64,000 nt of DNA, taken from Vermamoeba vermiformis (Eukaryota). A program made the translations under genes and the position numbers. The notes below the pieces were generated by a model that worked only from the letters and a program-made list of their open reading frames with translations, did no database searches and was not told where the DNA came from. The stretch lies in the NCBI GenBank assembly GCA_045837725.1, contig JBEWZL010000243.1, positions 1 through 64,000 on the forward strand. Reading direction: 5' to 3'. Below, piece by piece: positions 33,301 to 48,200 of this stretch (position 1 is its first letter; each line of letters opens with the position of its first letter).

Positions 33301-36011
33301 AGAACAACTGGACGTTGGTGGCATCGACTTTCTTGGCAAGTTGAATCAAAGGCAGTAAAAGTGGCGAGATCGCTTCGTAATGCTCAGTAGCATTAAACTG
33401 TAGCAAATCGACGGCAGAGCGTAAGAGTGTTTTCAAAAAAGTCTGCTTTTCGAGGTCTTGGTATATATAAACGCTGGAAGCCATCGATAAAGTTGTTGTT
33501 GCCTCAGTGATAAGTTGTCTTGCAACGAGTCCAAACAGCTGAATGTTGGATGCGTCGATGGCCAATGAGTTAAGAACGGCACTGAACAAATCAAGAGCCT
33601 CAATAGACTTCATCATAGCCGTGATGGCGGCAGCAGTGCCATCTGCGTTCTCAGTAGACAATCCAAGTAAGTTGGCCAAATGGGCGTGATGGCGGTGACG
33701 AGCATAAAAATGACGGTAGAATAATGATGCGTTCGGCCCGTTCAGACTAACCACGAACTGCGTCTTCTCCTTCTGGGTCATAAATGAATCCCAGCCAATA
33801 ACAAGCGACTCCATAGCCAGTTGGAGCAAGCTCTCCTGCTTCTCGCCCTGCAGCTTAACCAAGATGGCCTTCAGCTCTGGCTCCGAGCTTTGACCAAGGC
33901 GACTCTGTCGAGAGACGTAAAACAAAGTAGTCGCTAAAATCTCGAGCAAATATTCCGTCGATTTGGGGTCCTTGTTGATTGCCAATAAAGTCTTCACCTC
34001 TTCGACGACGAGCATAGTTGCCTCTACGAAGAAAGGGCGAGTAGGAGTACGAGAGCCAATCTGACAATCGGATTAAATACTAGGCCTCTACGCAATAAAT
34101 TATACTTACGTGTTGATGAAGAGTTGGACGCTGAGATCTCGCGAGAGAGGCCAAATAAGGTAAAAGATCTTTGACACTGGCGACACGAGCGATGTCTTCT
34201 GAGTTAATAGGCAACTCTTCGTTGACAAAATAACCAACCGAGCCAGTCAAAGCGCCGTAGTTCCATACCAAATTAGTAGTTCTATCGTAACTGCATGGAG
34301 TACCAAGAACTTTGTTGAGCTTTTTTGAAGAAACCACGTGACCGTCTGTAAGGTCGTAGATGATTGAGTAGTGTTGGGAAGTATTTTCTTCGAGGATGGT
34401 TGCAACAGCGCCCATGAAGTGCCCGTTTGTATAGTATTGCGCACTGATGTCCACGGCTAAAGAGAATTAGTATTGACATCACATCGCTTGGAATACTTAC
34501 TTGTTATGCTCGCGCCAAACACTGAAGTTGTTTGTTGACTATTCAGTACCACAGTTCTTTCATATACTGGCAAATTGTCCTCGATACGATAGATTTTAAC
34601 GGTGAAGAAGTCACGGCAAACAGCAAATAAACGTCTGCCGTCCGAGGTAATATAACCTGGATCCGGTGAGCTCTCACTAGGTTCATCTTCTTCGGGCAAG
34701 GCTCCGACATCTAAGGCTTGCAAAGTGCCAAGATCTAATCTGTGCAGCTCATCGTCGATGAAAGCATACAAACTTCCATTGATGACTGCCAAACCATCAA
34801 CCGTGGAGGTCTGTTCCACTGGTTGAGTGAGGTTCACTTCGCCTTGCTTGGTGTTGTTGAAACCAGTGCCTACTTTCATTAAACCAACGGCCTTATCGTA
34901 CACATAAATATATGTGCCATCGCTAGCTACGCAGTGTGAGGACTGGAATTCCGCGTCACGAACATCACCGTACGCAGCTTGAATGGGTTGATTGAACATC
35001 ACAGGGAAGCGAGCTGATATTCAAACGTTAAGCACCCCATTACTAGACTTATTAGAAGCACTTACTAGTTAACTCATCGGGGAAAACGCTAAGAGCGCTT
35101 CGTTTGTTGACATTATTTAGAAGCTCTACGTGACGTTCAATATTGATTGCCTGCAGCTCAGCTGATGATTGAGAGACGCGCAAAGCTGCCAATAAGCCCC
35201 TTACGGATCCTAATCGCAACAATTAAGCAGCTAATTTTCGGTATACGAAGTACGCTTACCTCGAGATCCGGCTAACAGGAACAAAGTCTCCAAAGCCGAT
35301 TTCTTCATTTGCAAATCAATTGATGGCGTACTTAATACGGAAATAATCCATTGTTGGATGGAATCGAAAGAATCTTGCGAAGCATTTCGAAGTTCTTCGG
35401 CGACAGCGGGATCCTGTTCCAAAAAAATCAGATAAAATTAATAATTATTTTCTTGTACATTACCTCAAGAAAGCTTTGTAATTCTGTTAAAGTTTCTTTC
35501 AGATCTTCCACCCGAAAAGTTTTGACAGCTCTAGTAATTAAACGCAGCTGCACTGATAATAGCGATTTTGCTCCGATAACCTTCTTGTCCGACTCCTATT
35601 GGATATTTTAGATTAGTTATGGCACTATTTTTGGTTTCTGAAAAAATTCAATTCGCTTGAACTCACCAACTCATGTTGACGCTGCTGCTCGTCTTTAAGT
35701 GCCTTGATTACTTTGCTTAAAATAATACCGCGCTTTTGAGCGTTTTGTTGGCCAAAGGTCTGGCCAGATGAGCTGACCAAATTGGAACGGAAATAGGCGA
35801 CAGATTCAGAAAGATTCTTCCACAAGAATTCGCTGTCGTCAATGTCGTAATAAAAATAATGGTCATCTCCATTATATTGTTCTGTTTCCAACCGTTCCTG
35901 AGCGACAAGTTGCTGAATCTCTGCACCTTTAAGTGAGGTTGCCAGCTTGTTCGTCACGAACTTAGGATCAAGCAGAGAGGCGCTATCAACGTCCAACCAC
36001 GATCCTTCCAT
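24325..36011 (-). CDS. Very large HECT E3 ubiquitin ligase with SPRY, EF-hand, two ZZ zinc fingers and PH domain
   Basis: HECT: EGATDIGGPYRE, FEFIGKLIGIAIR, LPEAHTCFFSLDLPQY. SPRY: FYYEVTI..GYHADDG..AFTRNG..FPAVG. EF-hand: FDLDGDGRISLAEF. ZZ: CDGCGASPIKGCRYK, CDICNKAQIVGVRYK. PH: WMERFVVL..WIKTI. Confidence 0.92.
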
Positions 36012-36265
36012 GATAAAAGAAGTGGTTGTGTTGTCACCTACGCATAAAGATAAAATTAGGAAAAAAAAACAAAAAGCAAGATACTCAAAGGACCACGAAA
36101 CCACAACTGTCAAACAGCAATCAATAGAATATAATTGGGTGAACTCATCCGATAATTGTAATTTTCATAGCTCTAGATCTTCACTTGCCCGATCAAATTT
36201 CTTGTGCAACAAGGTCCACGACTCTTTGCAATCACGCTGAAACATTAGACACTAATATATGCATT

Positions 36266-36956
36266 ATGGAAGAAACTAAAGCTGGTTTGATCAGTCTACA
36301 AGCGGAATCCAAAGCCGCAGTTTCAAGTAAGCAATTTAATTTATCCGCAGGAGCAAGTAATTAATATAATTATATCCGTTAACGTAGTAAATATTAAATG
36401 CAAAAAAAATATTAATATACAATATTTTTTAAATTGGCGTACAAGATTTTGTTGCGATTTATGTTAGATTCCGTCTGAGAACAAGTTCTTCGAGCAATAT
36501 TTCATAATGCTAACTATATATTATTTTTCGCTAGATTTTATGAGCCAAATTGAAACAAATAACAGAGAACGTCAAAAACTCGAAATGGTTATGCGTGACA
36601 TGAAATCTGGAGTACAAGACGTCGTAAAACAACGTCTGGAAACTCAAAAATTTGTAGAGATGTTAAATAAGCAATCTGAGGTACCGTACTGACTAAAAAC
36701 ATTTTAACTCGATCCCATCTAACCCTCGTCGCGCATGCAGGTCCCAGCCCCAGCAAATGAAGATTTTCTCCGCGCAAACTTGTCTAAGTATTCTCGTGAT
36801 CAGCTTATTCAACACATAGCCCTGCTTAAAGCCAAGATTAACAGCGAGTTCACTACAAGACAGCAGCTGGAAACGCTCGTCGCCAACTTACAGTCGGCCG
36901 TTACAACACTATCACGGAGAGTTCAACAACTCGAAGAAAAGAGAGCAAAAAAGTAA
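36266..36956 (+). CDS. Small coiled-coil protein
   Basis: ATG 36266 exon with gtaagc donor, then exons in ORFs 36507..36692 and 36735..36956 with heptad character. Confidence 0.55.
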
Positions 36957-37022
36957 CTCGTTACTTACTTCACTTTCATCATGTAATAAATGTACATATT
37001 TTGGATCTATAACAGGGTTCCT

Positions 37023-40000
37023 TTATTCTACAACCTCTGGCTCGGCATCATGTCCAAGGGTCGCAAAGTCCAGCAAGTTCTCGTGCTCGTCAGACAAACT
37101 CACAAGTTTGACTTTGTATTTCATTGCGTAATACGTGTGCAGACCAAGTACCACTAACGCCAAGCCAACAACAACAGGAGCAATATGTACAATTACAGAG
37201 AAGGAGCCTGATGAGCACGTTAATACGCAATAAAGTGTAGCAAAGTCAGAGTACTTACTTCGGCTACAATCCTCACCGAACCAACCTTTAGAGCAGACAC
37301 ACGAGCCTGCAACGCATTGCCCTCGATTGGAACAATTTCTGGGACAGTAACCTAAACAGAATTTGTTAATTCTACTCTATTCATTAGCCCTCCAAGCCAA
37401 TAAACTTACATGCAAAGGGTGAGGCACAACCGTGTGGGCAAACTTGTTCGTTGATTGTCTTCCGCTTGAAGCAGGTGGTTATGGTACCCGTACCATCGGT
37501 TGTGCTGTTCGTACAAAACTTGCCACCAGATTCTCTTATTGCGCACACGTCCAATAACTACGGGTACGTATCATTAGTATTGGAAAGAAGGAACTAAAGA
37601 CCCTTACCTCCGAGCAATCTTGACCGCCCCAGCCCGCTTCACACTTGCACTGTCCAAGTAGTGAACAAGTACCTTTGCCGTGGCAGTCATTTGGACAAGC
37701 ACAAGAGTCGCCACCGTCATGACACCCGTTGGCACACGCGATCGCTGACACATTCAGGCCTCGCTCGCATCTACAATACATCAGTTACATCCCCTACAAT
37801 GGATAACTAGTTACCTTAATAGGGAACCATTGTGGCAAATTCTTCCTTCTTTACCTCCACACGGATTATCAGGCACGGTACATTCTGGCCCCGACAGTCC
37901 AGGAGGACAACTCGAATATCCAGCGGCACAATTGCAATCTCCAAATGGGGAATTGCAACCAACTGAGTTGTTGCCGCAATTACAGTTACACCTAGCAGGG
38001 TTAGTGGTCATATCTTATGTCATTATAGAATAGAACTCATACCGGTCAAATCCAAATGAAGACCCTTTCGTGCATCCGTAAGGACAATAGACCAAATTAT
38101 ACATTTTGCGAGAGCTTGAAAGAGTTAGAATAACGGATTACGCATGGCATACGTACTTGCACACTGCTATCTTGTTGCCGTCACAAAGGTGATATGTTCT
38201 CGTCGGATTAAAATCCGGAGGTATATCAGAACACTCATCCGAGTGGCTGCAATCCTCGCCAAAATACCCTATGAATCATTATTAGCAAGATGTACCTGAA
38301 TTCATCCATATCTCGACCGCGTTCGTACCTTTATTACAGGAGCATGTCCCTGTATCCATGCACACTCCTCTTCCACTGCACGGAAGTCCGTTATCTCCCA
38401 GTGTGCACTCGCACGCAGCATTACTTCCTAGCGGAGTACTCACGCAACTAATGCCCAAATTAGCACATATTCACGATCAGTTTACATGTGCACTTACCCT
38501 CGAGCGCATTTTACACCAGAGTACTGAGTGCCCATTCTACACATAATTAACGTTTGATTGTCTTCGGCACAAAAAGTACCGTCAACTAATCCTGTACAAA
38601 ATCCCGGTGCCCTTCGTTTTGGCTGCACGATGTACAAGATTAGCGCCGATGACAACATAATCCCAAGCTTACAATAACATTCGTCCAGCACTCAGGCCCG
38701 CTCCACCCTTCTTTGCATACACAACTACCGTCCTCAGCACATGATAATGAGTGTTGATAATGCCATGAATAGCAATGACATCGACATTTCGCCATATAAG
38801 TACTGTTGGATTACATTAACGAATAATTAACCAAGGAATAATTTATCACTTACCCGATAGTAGCACAACTAAATTTACATGAAATCATTTTTGGATCTTC
38901 TCCCGCCGTTCCGCAACGCGTCAATGTGTCACTGATTTAAATTCGGGATTAATTAAACTCAAATTAAATCAGTATTTCATGGACTTACTTATTAGTGCAA
39001 AACGTTGTGTGTGTAGTTGTTGCGCACGGATTGTTCAGCGAGCAATCTGCTCCGTAGAATTCTTCAAAACACGAGCACGTAGTGTTGCCACTGAGCCCGT
39101 CAAATATACACCTGCCGTTGCTTGAACAATCGTTGAGGCACTTGCACGACCCAGTCATGTCCTTCAATAACAGATTAATTTCGACCAGTGATATAATATC
39201 TTGTGGAGCGTACGTCACATCCGTTAGGACAGGAGAATGATTTAACAGCATCATCATTAAAGCATAATACAGAAGTCGAACCACCCATGCAAATCCATCC
39301 ATTCACGCCAAAACAAGGATTAATCTCGCTGCAATCTGTGCCTGATTTATTGGGAGGACAAACGCATTTCCCGTCAGTGCACGCGTCCAAAATTCCTATA
39401 AAATACTTAGAATCGCTTGAATTAGACATTTAAAAGTACCTGAGCAATTGTTCGGGCATGCACAGCTAGCCGCCGAAGGAGTTGATTCCAAACATTTGTA
39501 AGGACATTCTGTCTTCTGAATACTGAAAGCAAATTATCGTTAATTTCTCCGTCTAAAATGAAATCAACCGAAAAAAAATCGAATATTACTCGAGTAATCA
39601 AAGCTGATATGAGTTAAAACAATCTTTTAGACTAAAAGATTTCGAGCGAAATTTCTCCGTTGAGAATTGGGCAAATGGTATCACTGTATTCGACTTACGT
39701 TACGCCATCACGGCATTGAATTAAGTTATTTTCGTTGCAGTAAAGGCCATCTGATTTATTTACACAATAGTCCACAAATTCGCAGTGGGATCCATAAAAA
39801 CCTGCCGTAAATCAAGTTAATTAACTTACTTGAACGAGTCAACGCTATCTAAAAATCGTAATATAATACCATTTGATTTTATTACCTTTATAACACGCGC
39901 AAGTTTGATAATCGGACTGGCAGACTCCGCGATCCGAGCAATTATAAGGACATAAGCAATCAGCCTTACCCAAAACGTGCTGGACGCATAAGTTTGATTT

Positions 40001-40315
40001 ACCTGTAATAAACGGATTACATAAGCCTTATATGGAGATTTTGAATTAATTTTGAATTTCAATTTTTGGATCGGGTCCAAAATTTATAGCTGTGAACGAC
40101 AAATTAACCGTGACCTTATACTTACATGGAGTTACTTTCTCTTGCCAATTTGAGCAAATGATTAAACTTGTTCCGTCTGCAGAACAGGCTGCACCATCTG
40201 AAAGTCCGATCTGTCGACAAACACTTTCTTTATAACAATTATAGGTTGACTGCGCGATATAACTATTTACATGACAAATAATAAATATATATATTACAAG
40301 TCCGAGCTTCGACAT
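37023..40315 (-). CDS. EGF/tenascin-like repeat single-pass membrane protein (many exons)
   Basis: Signal peptide MSKLGLVIYIFIICHVNS; repeats such as CPNDCHGKGTC..CKCEAGWGGQDCS and CLNDCSSNGRC..YGADCS; hydrophobic segment near 37140-37200 before a short tail. Confidence 0.85.
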
Positions 40316-40699
40316 TATGTTGTCGACATTATTAAACAAAATTAATTAATGAGCCCAGACGAACAACAGAAAATATTTGCGCTCGATACAAACTCATTAC
40401 CTTAAGGTTTTACTATCGTAGGGACCCGTGGTTATCACTCTTGCTACGAAAGCGAAATAAAAGATTGCCAGGACAAAAAAAGTGCCCGCGCATTTTTAAA
40501 TATCTCAGACGAAGATTACAACGGCTAGTCGAGTAACAAAACCAGATTTTTGTGTTCAGTAAAACTTTCATTAGTCGTTTGTCCTTGGAAAGAAGGCCAG
40601 TCAAGTCCTTATTTATTTTTTGATCGAGGGATCTTTAGCTTCAGGCGTTCTTTGAGCTTCTAGGGGGTCGCCCTTATTCGTTAAAATATTTTTAAAAAA

Positions 40700-42076
40700 A
40701 TGGAAGACGTAGAAATGATGGATGCCCAACCGGCTAGCTTCACTAGCTTCTCAATCCCGTTCCACATCACATCTCCGACCTCTAAAGACTCGAAGTTCGT
40801 CAAGCCCTTATTCCCTGCCACTAAAGGCAAGGTAGTAAAGCTCAAACGCTCGGAAACCAGCGCCAATGTCCTGTCAAGAAGCACATCTTCTCTGCCTGAG
40901 GTCTGCATTCAGAGCGCCCTGAACTCTGCTCGCGAGCTACAAATCAAGCCTATTCCCATGGCTCTGATCAACAAGCTTCGCCAAGTTGAAGAAGAAGAAG
41001 CCGACAAGGAAAATATCAGCCCTCGATCAGCGACACGCAGCCATAATGTCTATGGAAATGCAACAGTTAGACAAGACCAAGTTCACTTCGTCATGAACCC
41101 AGCCTCGCCTGAATCCATTGTTAAATGCAGACAAGGTACTGAAGGCACCGTGTCGAACTTGCCTATCATGGATGCACCCTCCGTCCCAGATTTGAATTGC
41201 ATTACTCCTCAAACGGTATGTACAGCCTCTTATCTAATTTTGGGACCTCAGACTCGGTTCGAAATTTGCATCTTTTATGCGATTTTTCTCATCTTATTCT
41301 GTTGCTCAGCTTGCTGCCCTTATTAATGGCCATGCTTATCAAAACTTATACCACCGCTTCTACATTGTTGACTGCCGTTTCGACTACGAGTTCGAAGGTG
41401 GTCACATCCGAGGAGCAGTGAACGTTGTTACGCCGGAACAAATTGAAGATCTCTTCCTTCGTGACCCTGAAATGCAACGTAATGGCCATAAGATCTGCAT
41501 CATATTCCACTGCGAGTTTTCTTCTCATCGTGGCCCTAAAATGTAAGCGTGTGTGAATTGAAAAATCTATTGAATCTGATCGCGTAACGGTAACTTTATT
41601 TAAAGTTAATTCATTACCTACCCAGCAATAATTTGCTTCATTTACTGTATTATTCTAACATATTTGGTTCAGGTACCGCTACTTAAGAAGCATGGATAGA
41701 AGTTTGAATGCGGATGCGTATCCGAAACTTCATTACCCTGAGATGTATCTCCTTGATGGCGGCTACAAGAACTTCTACAATCAATTTTCAGTAAGTCTCA
41801 TGCGGCTCTCGAACTATTCTTTGCGCACCATCTAAGGATCAATTCTTCCAGCATCTCTGTGATCCTCAGAACTACGTGCCCATGTCCGACCCCAAGTACA
41901 ACGCCCAGTGCAAGAGAGCGATGAATGTTCACTTGCACAAGTTGCGAAAGGTCCGCTCGCGTTCCTGCAGTTCTTTGGATTTGAGCTCAAAGCGTCCCAA
42001 CCTTCTCTCGCACTCACAACCCGTCTTCTCTATGAACGATATCAATGTTGATTTGACTGCTTCAACGGAGCTGTGA
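40700..42076 (+). CDS. cdc25: Cdc25 M-phase inducer phosphatase
   Basis: IVDCRFDYEFEGGHIRGA, IFHCEFSSHRGPKM (HCX5R), YPEMYLLDGGYKNFY. Confidence 0.95.
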
Positions 42077-42350
42077 TACGAGTAACAGGGAATAAGAGCA
42101 CTTGTTTCATTTTGCATCTTGGTTGATCTGCTTAATCGTCAGAACAATCTTGATATAGAAACATATTTGTAGAATCTACAACCATGTAATATAGGTCTTT
42201 TTGTTGTTTCTTTGCTCGACAAGGAGATAAATGTACAAAGTTTCTATTCATCAAGCTTGTCGGAACTTAATTTATTTACATTTCTCACTCGCAGTTAGTT
42301 AGGCAATTGAATGTTTGTCATATTAACATGCATATATGCGAGCTAGTACC

Positions 42351-43488
42351 TTATTGTTGAGTTTGCTTCGAGTCGTTGCCTCCTCCGAACATTTTCTTCA
42401 GTGCCATTTTGACACGATCCACACCAGCCTCAACTGAATCCAAAGCCGGTCTAATATCTAAGTAAATAGATGCAGGGACACCATCCTTCTCAGGACCTAT
42501 AAAATAATTAGTAATGAGGCATACTAAAATAAGGAAATGATCTGAAACCGAGGGTTCGGCACGTACCTTGGTAATAATCGAGCACGTAACGCACATCTTT
42601 GCCACATCGATCAACGACCCAATCGTGTCGGTCAAAAGGCAACTTGTAGCCCAAGAAGGCCCAGAACCGAGCCTTTGGACTGAAATCACGTGGTCTTCCT
42701 TGGAAGTGCTTTAGCTTGGGTGCAATGCAGTCGCTGAATTCATACACGTTAATATTAACAGTATCATATATTTGTCGCAACTGAATTCACGAGCTCAAGA
42801 TTTTAATTCTCGATATCGGCGCTGAACTCAACCTGAGATCGCGAGACGATCCGCCTTGAAATCGTAGAATTCACGCAATGGACCGAAAAATAACAAGTTT
42901 TTCTCTACGTACCCATGCATTTTTTCAAATTGCATCACTTCTCGCCAGCATTGCTCGTTAACGCTGTTGTGGATCTTCAACACATAAGGCACGTCTTCAG
43001 CTTGGGGATTATAGCCTGAAAAAATACAAATAAATTATTTTCGAATTATCACTTATTTCTGACGCAGCAGGTGTCATGTTAATGTAATTATTTTCGCCGG
43101 CGGTAAATGTTTGTTTAAAAATTCAATACAAATTTAAATAAATGCCATAATGATTATGCTTACCTTTTTTCTTCATCGCGTTATAAAATCTTTGTTGTGA
43201 GGGATAATTCCACGTTGCATCTGAATTGGCACGAGGGATCGTGGATGGAAGAGAAACTGTTGACAACCCTTCTTGACCAGGTTGTGTGTCGTGCTTTACT
43301 GGTTTGGTTGGGTCTTGGACTTGATCTCCTGGTCCGTATTGGTGCGATCCGCTGCTAGTTGGGACGCCACCAAAGATGGTTCCATGATGCGGATTTGGCA
43401 TTCCTGCTGGCATGCCCTTGCCATGATGGACCGGACAACCTTGGACATCGCCTGCCTTAGATGAATTTGGATCCACTTGTGACGCCAT
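42351..43488 (-). CDS. HCCS: Holocytochrome c synthase (cytochrome c heme lyase)
   Basis: CPV heme motif, [62 protein letters not shown]. Confidence 0.95.
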
Positions 43489-43562
43489 GTCGAGTACTCG
43501 TGCAAAAATGATTTTGTTTCCACGCAACCGAAAGGATCGAACACAAAAGAGCTTGAGACCCG

Positions 43563-45156
43563 ATGGGAAATCAAGCTTCAATTCATGCAGAGGCATTAAA
43601 AGCAATCGAGAAGGTTAAGAAATCAAAGGAAACAAGTTTATCACTGCGAAAACTTGGATTGACAGACATCCCGATCGCAGTTTACGAATCAAAGTGGATC
43701 CAATCGCTTGATCTCTCGTCAAATAAATTAACTCAGTTGCCAGAAGGATTATTTCGTAAGTTGATTTTGGTTTTGGATTCACCGAATTCAAATTACTCTC
43801 GTTGCGGAATAGTAAATATTTTTAGCATTGATCAAGGCATAGATTAACTGCTCCAAATTACATGTTATTATTCCCATTAATTTAATTTCAAAATTTCTAG
43901 GTGAATTACCATTACTGAAAGAGCTATACCTCGAAAGAAATGGCCTTTCAAATCTACCAAATGATATTGGTGAATTAACGCAGCTGGAATTGCTTGATTT
44001 ATCAATGAATAGATTTAATAGTATTCCCGAAGTCGTGGGCGGCCTGCAAAAGCTTCGAACTTTGGCATTAATGGAGAATAGCATCACGAAAATACCGGCA
44101 TTTGTTTCAAACTTAACAGCGCTAAAAGCATTCAGAGCAGATCAGAATTCCATCGACGAGATCTCCGAAGATTTATTAAATAATTGCTTCTCATTGCGCG
44201 AGATTAGTTTAGAAGGCAACAAAATTACCACAGTACCCAAATCAATAAGCAAATTAACAGGTCTTCAAATGATTTCGCTGGCCAATAATTTGCTCATTGA
44301 ATTCCCGGCCGTTTTATTTAAAAATGGTGCCATGTCCTATGCCAAATTGGGTAATAATCAGGTAAGTGACAATCAACAAGAAGTAACGTAGCTAATGTAA
44401 ATATATAGATCAAAGAGCTGCCTGTAGATGCAAAACTGCCGAAGAGTTTCGATCAAATAGATCTACGGAACAATCACATCGACGATATTCCTTATGAAGT
44501 TCGATGGTCGAGTGAGTGGGAGGGACAGTTAATGACCGACATCCCCGATGAAATATTAGATAATTTGTATTTGGGGCCGATCACTGCTTCTCAAAACCGA
44601 CGCGTGCTAGAAAAGGTACGAGTGGATCTGTCCCGCTTTAAAGCTAACTATCTTTGCAGAGAAAAATAACGCACATACTTCGTGTCGTAGTAGGAGCTCC
44701 TCCCGAGTTCCCAGATGACTTTAAATACAAAGTGATCGAGGTCTACGATACTCATGTTGATATCAAGAGCCACTTCGTAGATGCCCTGCGGTTCATAGAG
44801 GAGGGAAGAAAAGACGGGGCAGTCTTAGTTCATTGGTAGGCCTTAATCATTCTACGATTTAATGATATCTCTTTAATCAATGTTTTTCTAACTTTTGTGC
44901 GTAGCGAGCAAGGCAAGTCCAGAAGTGCCTCATTTGTCATTGGTGCGTAGTTCTTAATAGAATTAACCGATTTATAACATACTGTTGTACAGCCTATTTG
45001 ATGTATCACATGAACATATCCGCAGACGAGGCCCTGGAGATGGTCAAAAAGAGGCGGCCAATCGCACGACCAAACACGCACTTCAAAGTCCAGTTGGCGA
45101 GCTGGGGTAGTACGTGCGCGACGGAGATGGACGGCGCAAAGAAGACCGAACTGTAG
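43563..45156 (+). CDS. Leucine-rich-repeat dual-specificity phosphatase
   Basis: MGNQAS (myristoylation-like) start, LRRs (LDLSSNKL, LDLSMNRF, ISLEGNKI), spliced active site VHCEQGKSRS, AYLM...RPIARPN. Confidence 0.88.
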
Positions 45157-45219
45157 CACGTGAGTACTCCTCAAAAATGTATTATAGCAAGTGTAAATTA
45201 ATGCCTCAGTTTGGAACAT

Positions 45220-48200
45220 TTATCTGAAATTAGACGTTACTGTTTCTTGTTTTGCTTTTTCAGCCCTCTTCGTTGGTTGCTTCTCGGTTGGTTTTTGTTT
45301 TTTTTCGAGTTCTTCGATTTCACGGAGCAGCTGGGCGTCACAAACGAGTTCTATTTTACGCCCGTAGTTGACTTCGTAACTATTCTTCATTGAATGGAGG
45401 GCGGAGGCTGAAATTTCAGTGCATTTTTCAGACAGCTTCAGTGATTCCAAATTAGGGCAATTTGAAACCAAATTGGACAGGAGATCTTTTGGTACGCCAA
45501 AGGCGTTGTTGGCCTTGATCTCCAAATGTCGCAGGCGGGTAAGATTTGCAGTTAGATTTTGAGCTGCCGGCTCGAAGACGATTAGGTCGTGCAATCTGTG
45601 ATTGTATAGTTAGTATTACTACTACTACGATTGAAGTGCCACAACTAAGCTTACTTTGGGATCGACAACGCGATCTTGCGGACTTTAGGCGTCGTGATTT
45701 CAAGATCACGCATAATCTGTCGGTTGTTAGTAAGTTCCAACGGCTGTTAGAGTGCTTACCTTAGAGTCAATAATAAGCCGTTCTAGGTTTGCTAGCTCAT
45801 GGCAGATAACGAAAGATACTGGCGCCTTGACTCGTAGCAATTTCAAGCTGCTGCACGATCGAATATTTAGCTCGCCGAGGTTATCTGAGTCGATGTTGAT
45901 TGACTTGAAGTACGAAACTCCTACCAAGCGCAAATACTGAAGACTTGGTGGGACATTTGAGAGTTTCACTGTTGAGGTAGTTAGTATTATTCATTACGTA
46001 TACGAATGTGCGGTCTTACGCAACGATGTTGGTTGATGGTCGTCCTCATTATTCGCTTCATCCTCGTCCAGTTCGTAGATAATCTTGTCTTTCATTGCAA
46101 CTGCGTGAAATGTCAAAAGCTTCGGGCAAGAGTTTGTCTCGCTGTTAGTGTGAAGGTCAGAGATGTTGCTTTTTAAACAATATCGAGGGCGTACCTGATT
46201 CTTATTAGCGTTCTCTCACAAAAGCCAGAAGACGATGTATTAACCTACGTATCGAGGTAAGTAACAGCACTCGAAACCTCTACGTTAACGTACCAAACCA
46301 ACGAGGTATAATGTCAATGTTCGTAAACTAGGACAAACTATGTCGCTTTCTTCAATTGATTGGATTTTGTTCAAAAATAACAGCTCTAAACTCTCGCTGT
46401 GGACTTTTAGTAATGGCAAGGGTTGTTCTCGTTTGATGAGGCCGAAGGTTTTCAAGTTTTTCAAGCCTGCAACAAATGTTATGTCGTGACATAAGTTATG
46501 CTGTAATTCGCACCTGTCATTAATACATCGATATCTTCGGCGGTGATACTATCACAGCTCGCTAGGACGAGTTGTTCGAGCACTGGAAACTTCTCTGTGA
46601 AGGTGCGGTAAACAGTTAGTTTGTTGCCAAGAGGCGTGTTCATCTCTAACGATTTGGGTCTCGCAAATGGTTTGGATTCGACAAACGCGTGTGATTCTAG
46701 CGTTTTCCACTGCATCACAGCGAATTGCGGTATTAGCAAGGGTTTCTGAAAAGACGTTAAAAGACGTTAACAAGATCTTTAAGCGTACTTCTGTCACGCG
46801 GAATTTTGCATGCGATCCGTTAATGTAGGTGATTTTGGCGTCCGCAGGAACGAATTCGTTAATTAGGCACCAGTACGTCTTATTCTCCGAAGCCACCAGC
46901 TGTTTGATTTTGTACCAATCAACGTTCATAGCTCCAAATTGAACCGGGTCTGCTGTCCCCATGACGTACAGCGATGTCAAATTGCAGCTCTGAATGCTCA
47001 ACCTTTTCGGCTGCAAGAAAGCAGAGTTGGCTTTAGGTGTGTCAAGTGTCAGGCTTGGGACTGTCAAGCGCACTCCAGTCAAGTGCGAGTTTTTGATCAG
47101 CACTGGATGTTCGGTGGAAATGTCTGAAAAATTGAAAAAAGGTTGGTGAGAGTTATAACGAGAAAGCACGAAACGCAGCCATCATACCTAAATATAAGTC
47201 ATTTAACTTTGTAAGCTGTACGATGACATCTTGAAGGGCAGTCTCATAGTCTCTTTCTGCGCTCGTGATAGTGAGAGTTAAGTCCTCGAGGTTTGACGCG
47301 TAAAAGAGGACGGGCAGCTGTACGCACGAGAACCTCGTTAACTCCAATATATTCAATCGGTATCCAAAGCCTACACCATATGAATACAAACACTTATTCA
47401 TAAACAGCCTTACGTTTGAAAAATGATTGTTCGTGCTCGTAAAAGGGCTTGTGGACATTTTCATGGCTGAAATCTAATTCCTTGGGAAATGAAGGACATT
47501 GTTCAGCCATCTGAGAGAAATACTCGTAAATGTTCACGCGATCCACTTTTTCTCCAAACACAAACAATTTAATGGCTTCGAGCTGTCGACAATAGCGAGC
47601 CAGGTCCTACGTCACGAGTCAATTCAATTGAATATAAGCATGGGAAAACTTGCCTCTAAAAGATCTTTATCGATGCACCTCACATTCAATACTGAAAAGT
47701 ATGAGTATAAGTGGATTATTGAAGCAGAAAACGGAACGCACCTAGGCGTTGAAGGTTAGATCCAATTGAGTGGACTATTGGCGAGATTGATTTGTAAGGA
47801 GCAGTATCAAAATAAGAACTCGCGCCAACATTAAGTTTCCGTAGCTATAAAAATACATTATAATTAACGCAGAACATGTAAGCGGACCTTACTGAAGTCA
47901 TTTTGCTAATTACGACGGACTGTTCGATGATAGATTCATTTGCAAATTCGATATTTAACTCGCGAAGGGCGGTGTTCGTCCGGCGAATTAATTTCAATTC
48001 CTAAAAACAGGACGGTAAGGCTTCGAAGGAATAAAATATTTTAAGATTTTTATACCTCGGTGGTAATATCTTTGCAAGCTAGCGAATCGAGGTTTAATAA
48101 TCCATATAGCTTATTTAAGTGATCCACGACATCTTTTGCGTGCAGTGTCTTGAGCGTGGCCTTCTGATTTTCGAAAAGTTTGCGTAATTCTCCTCCGCTT

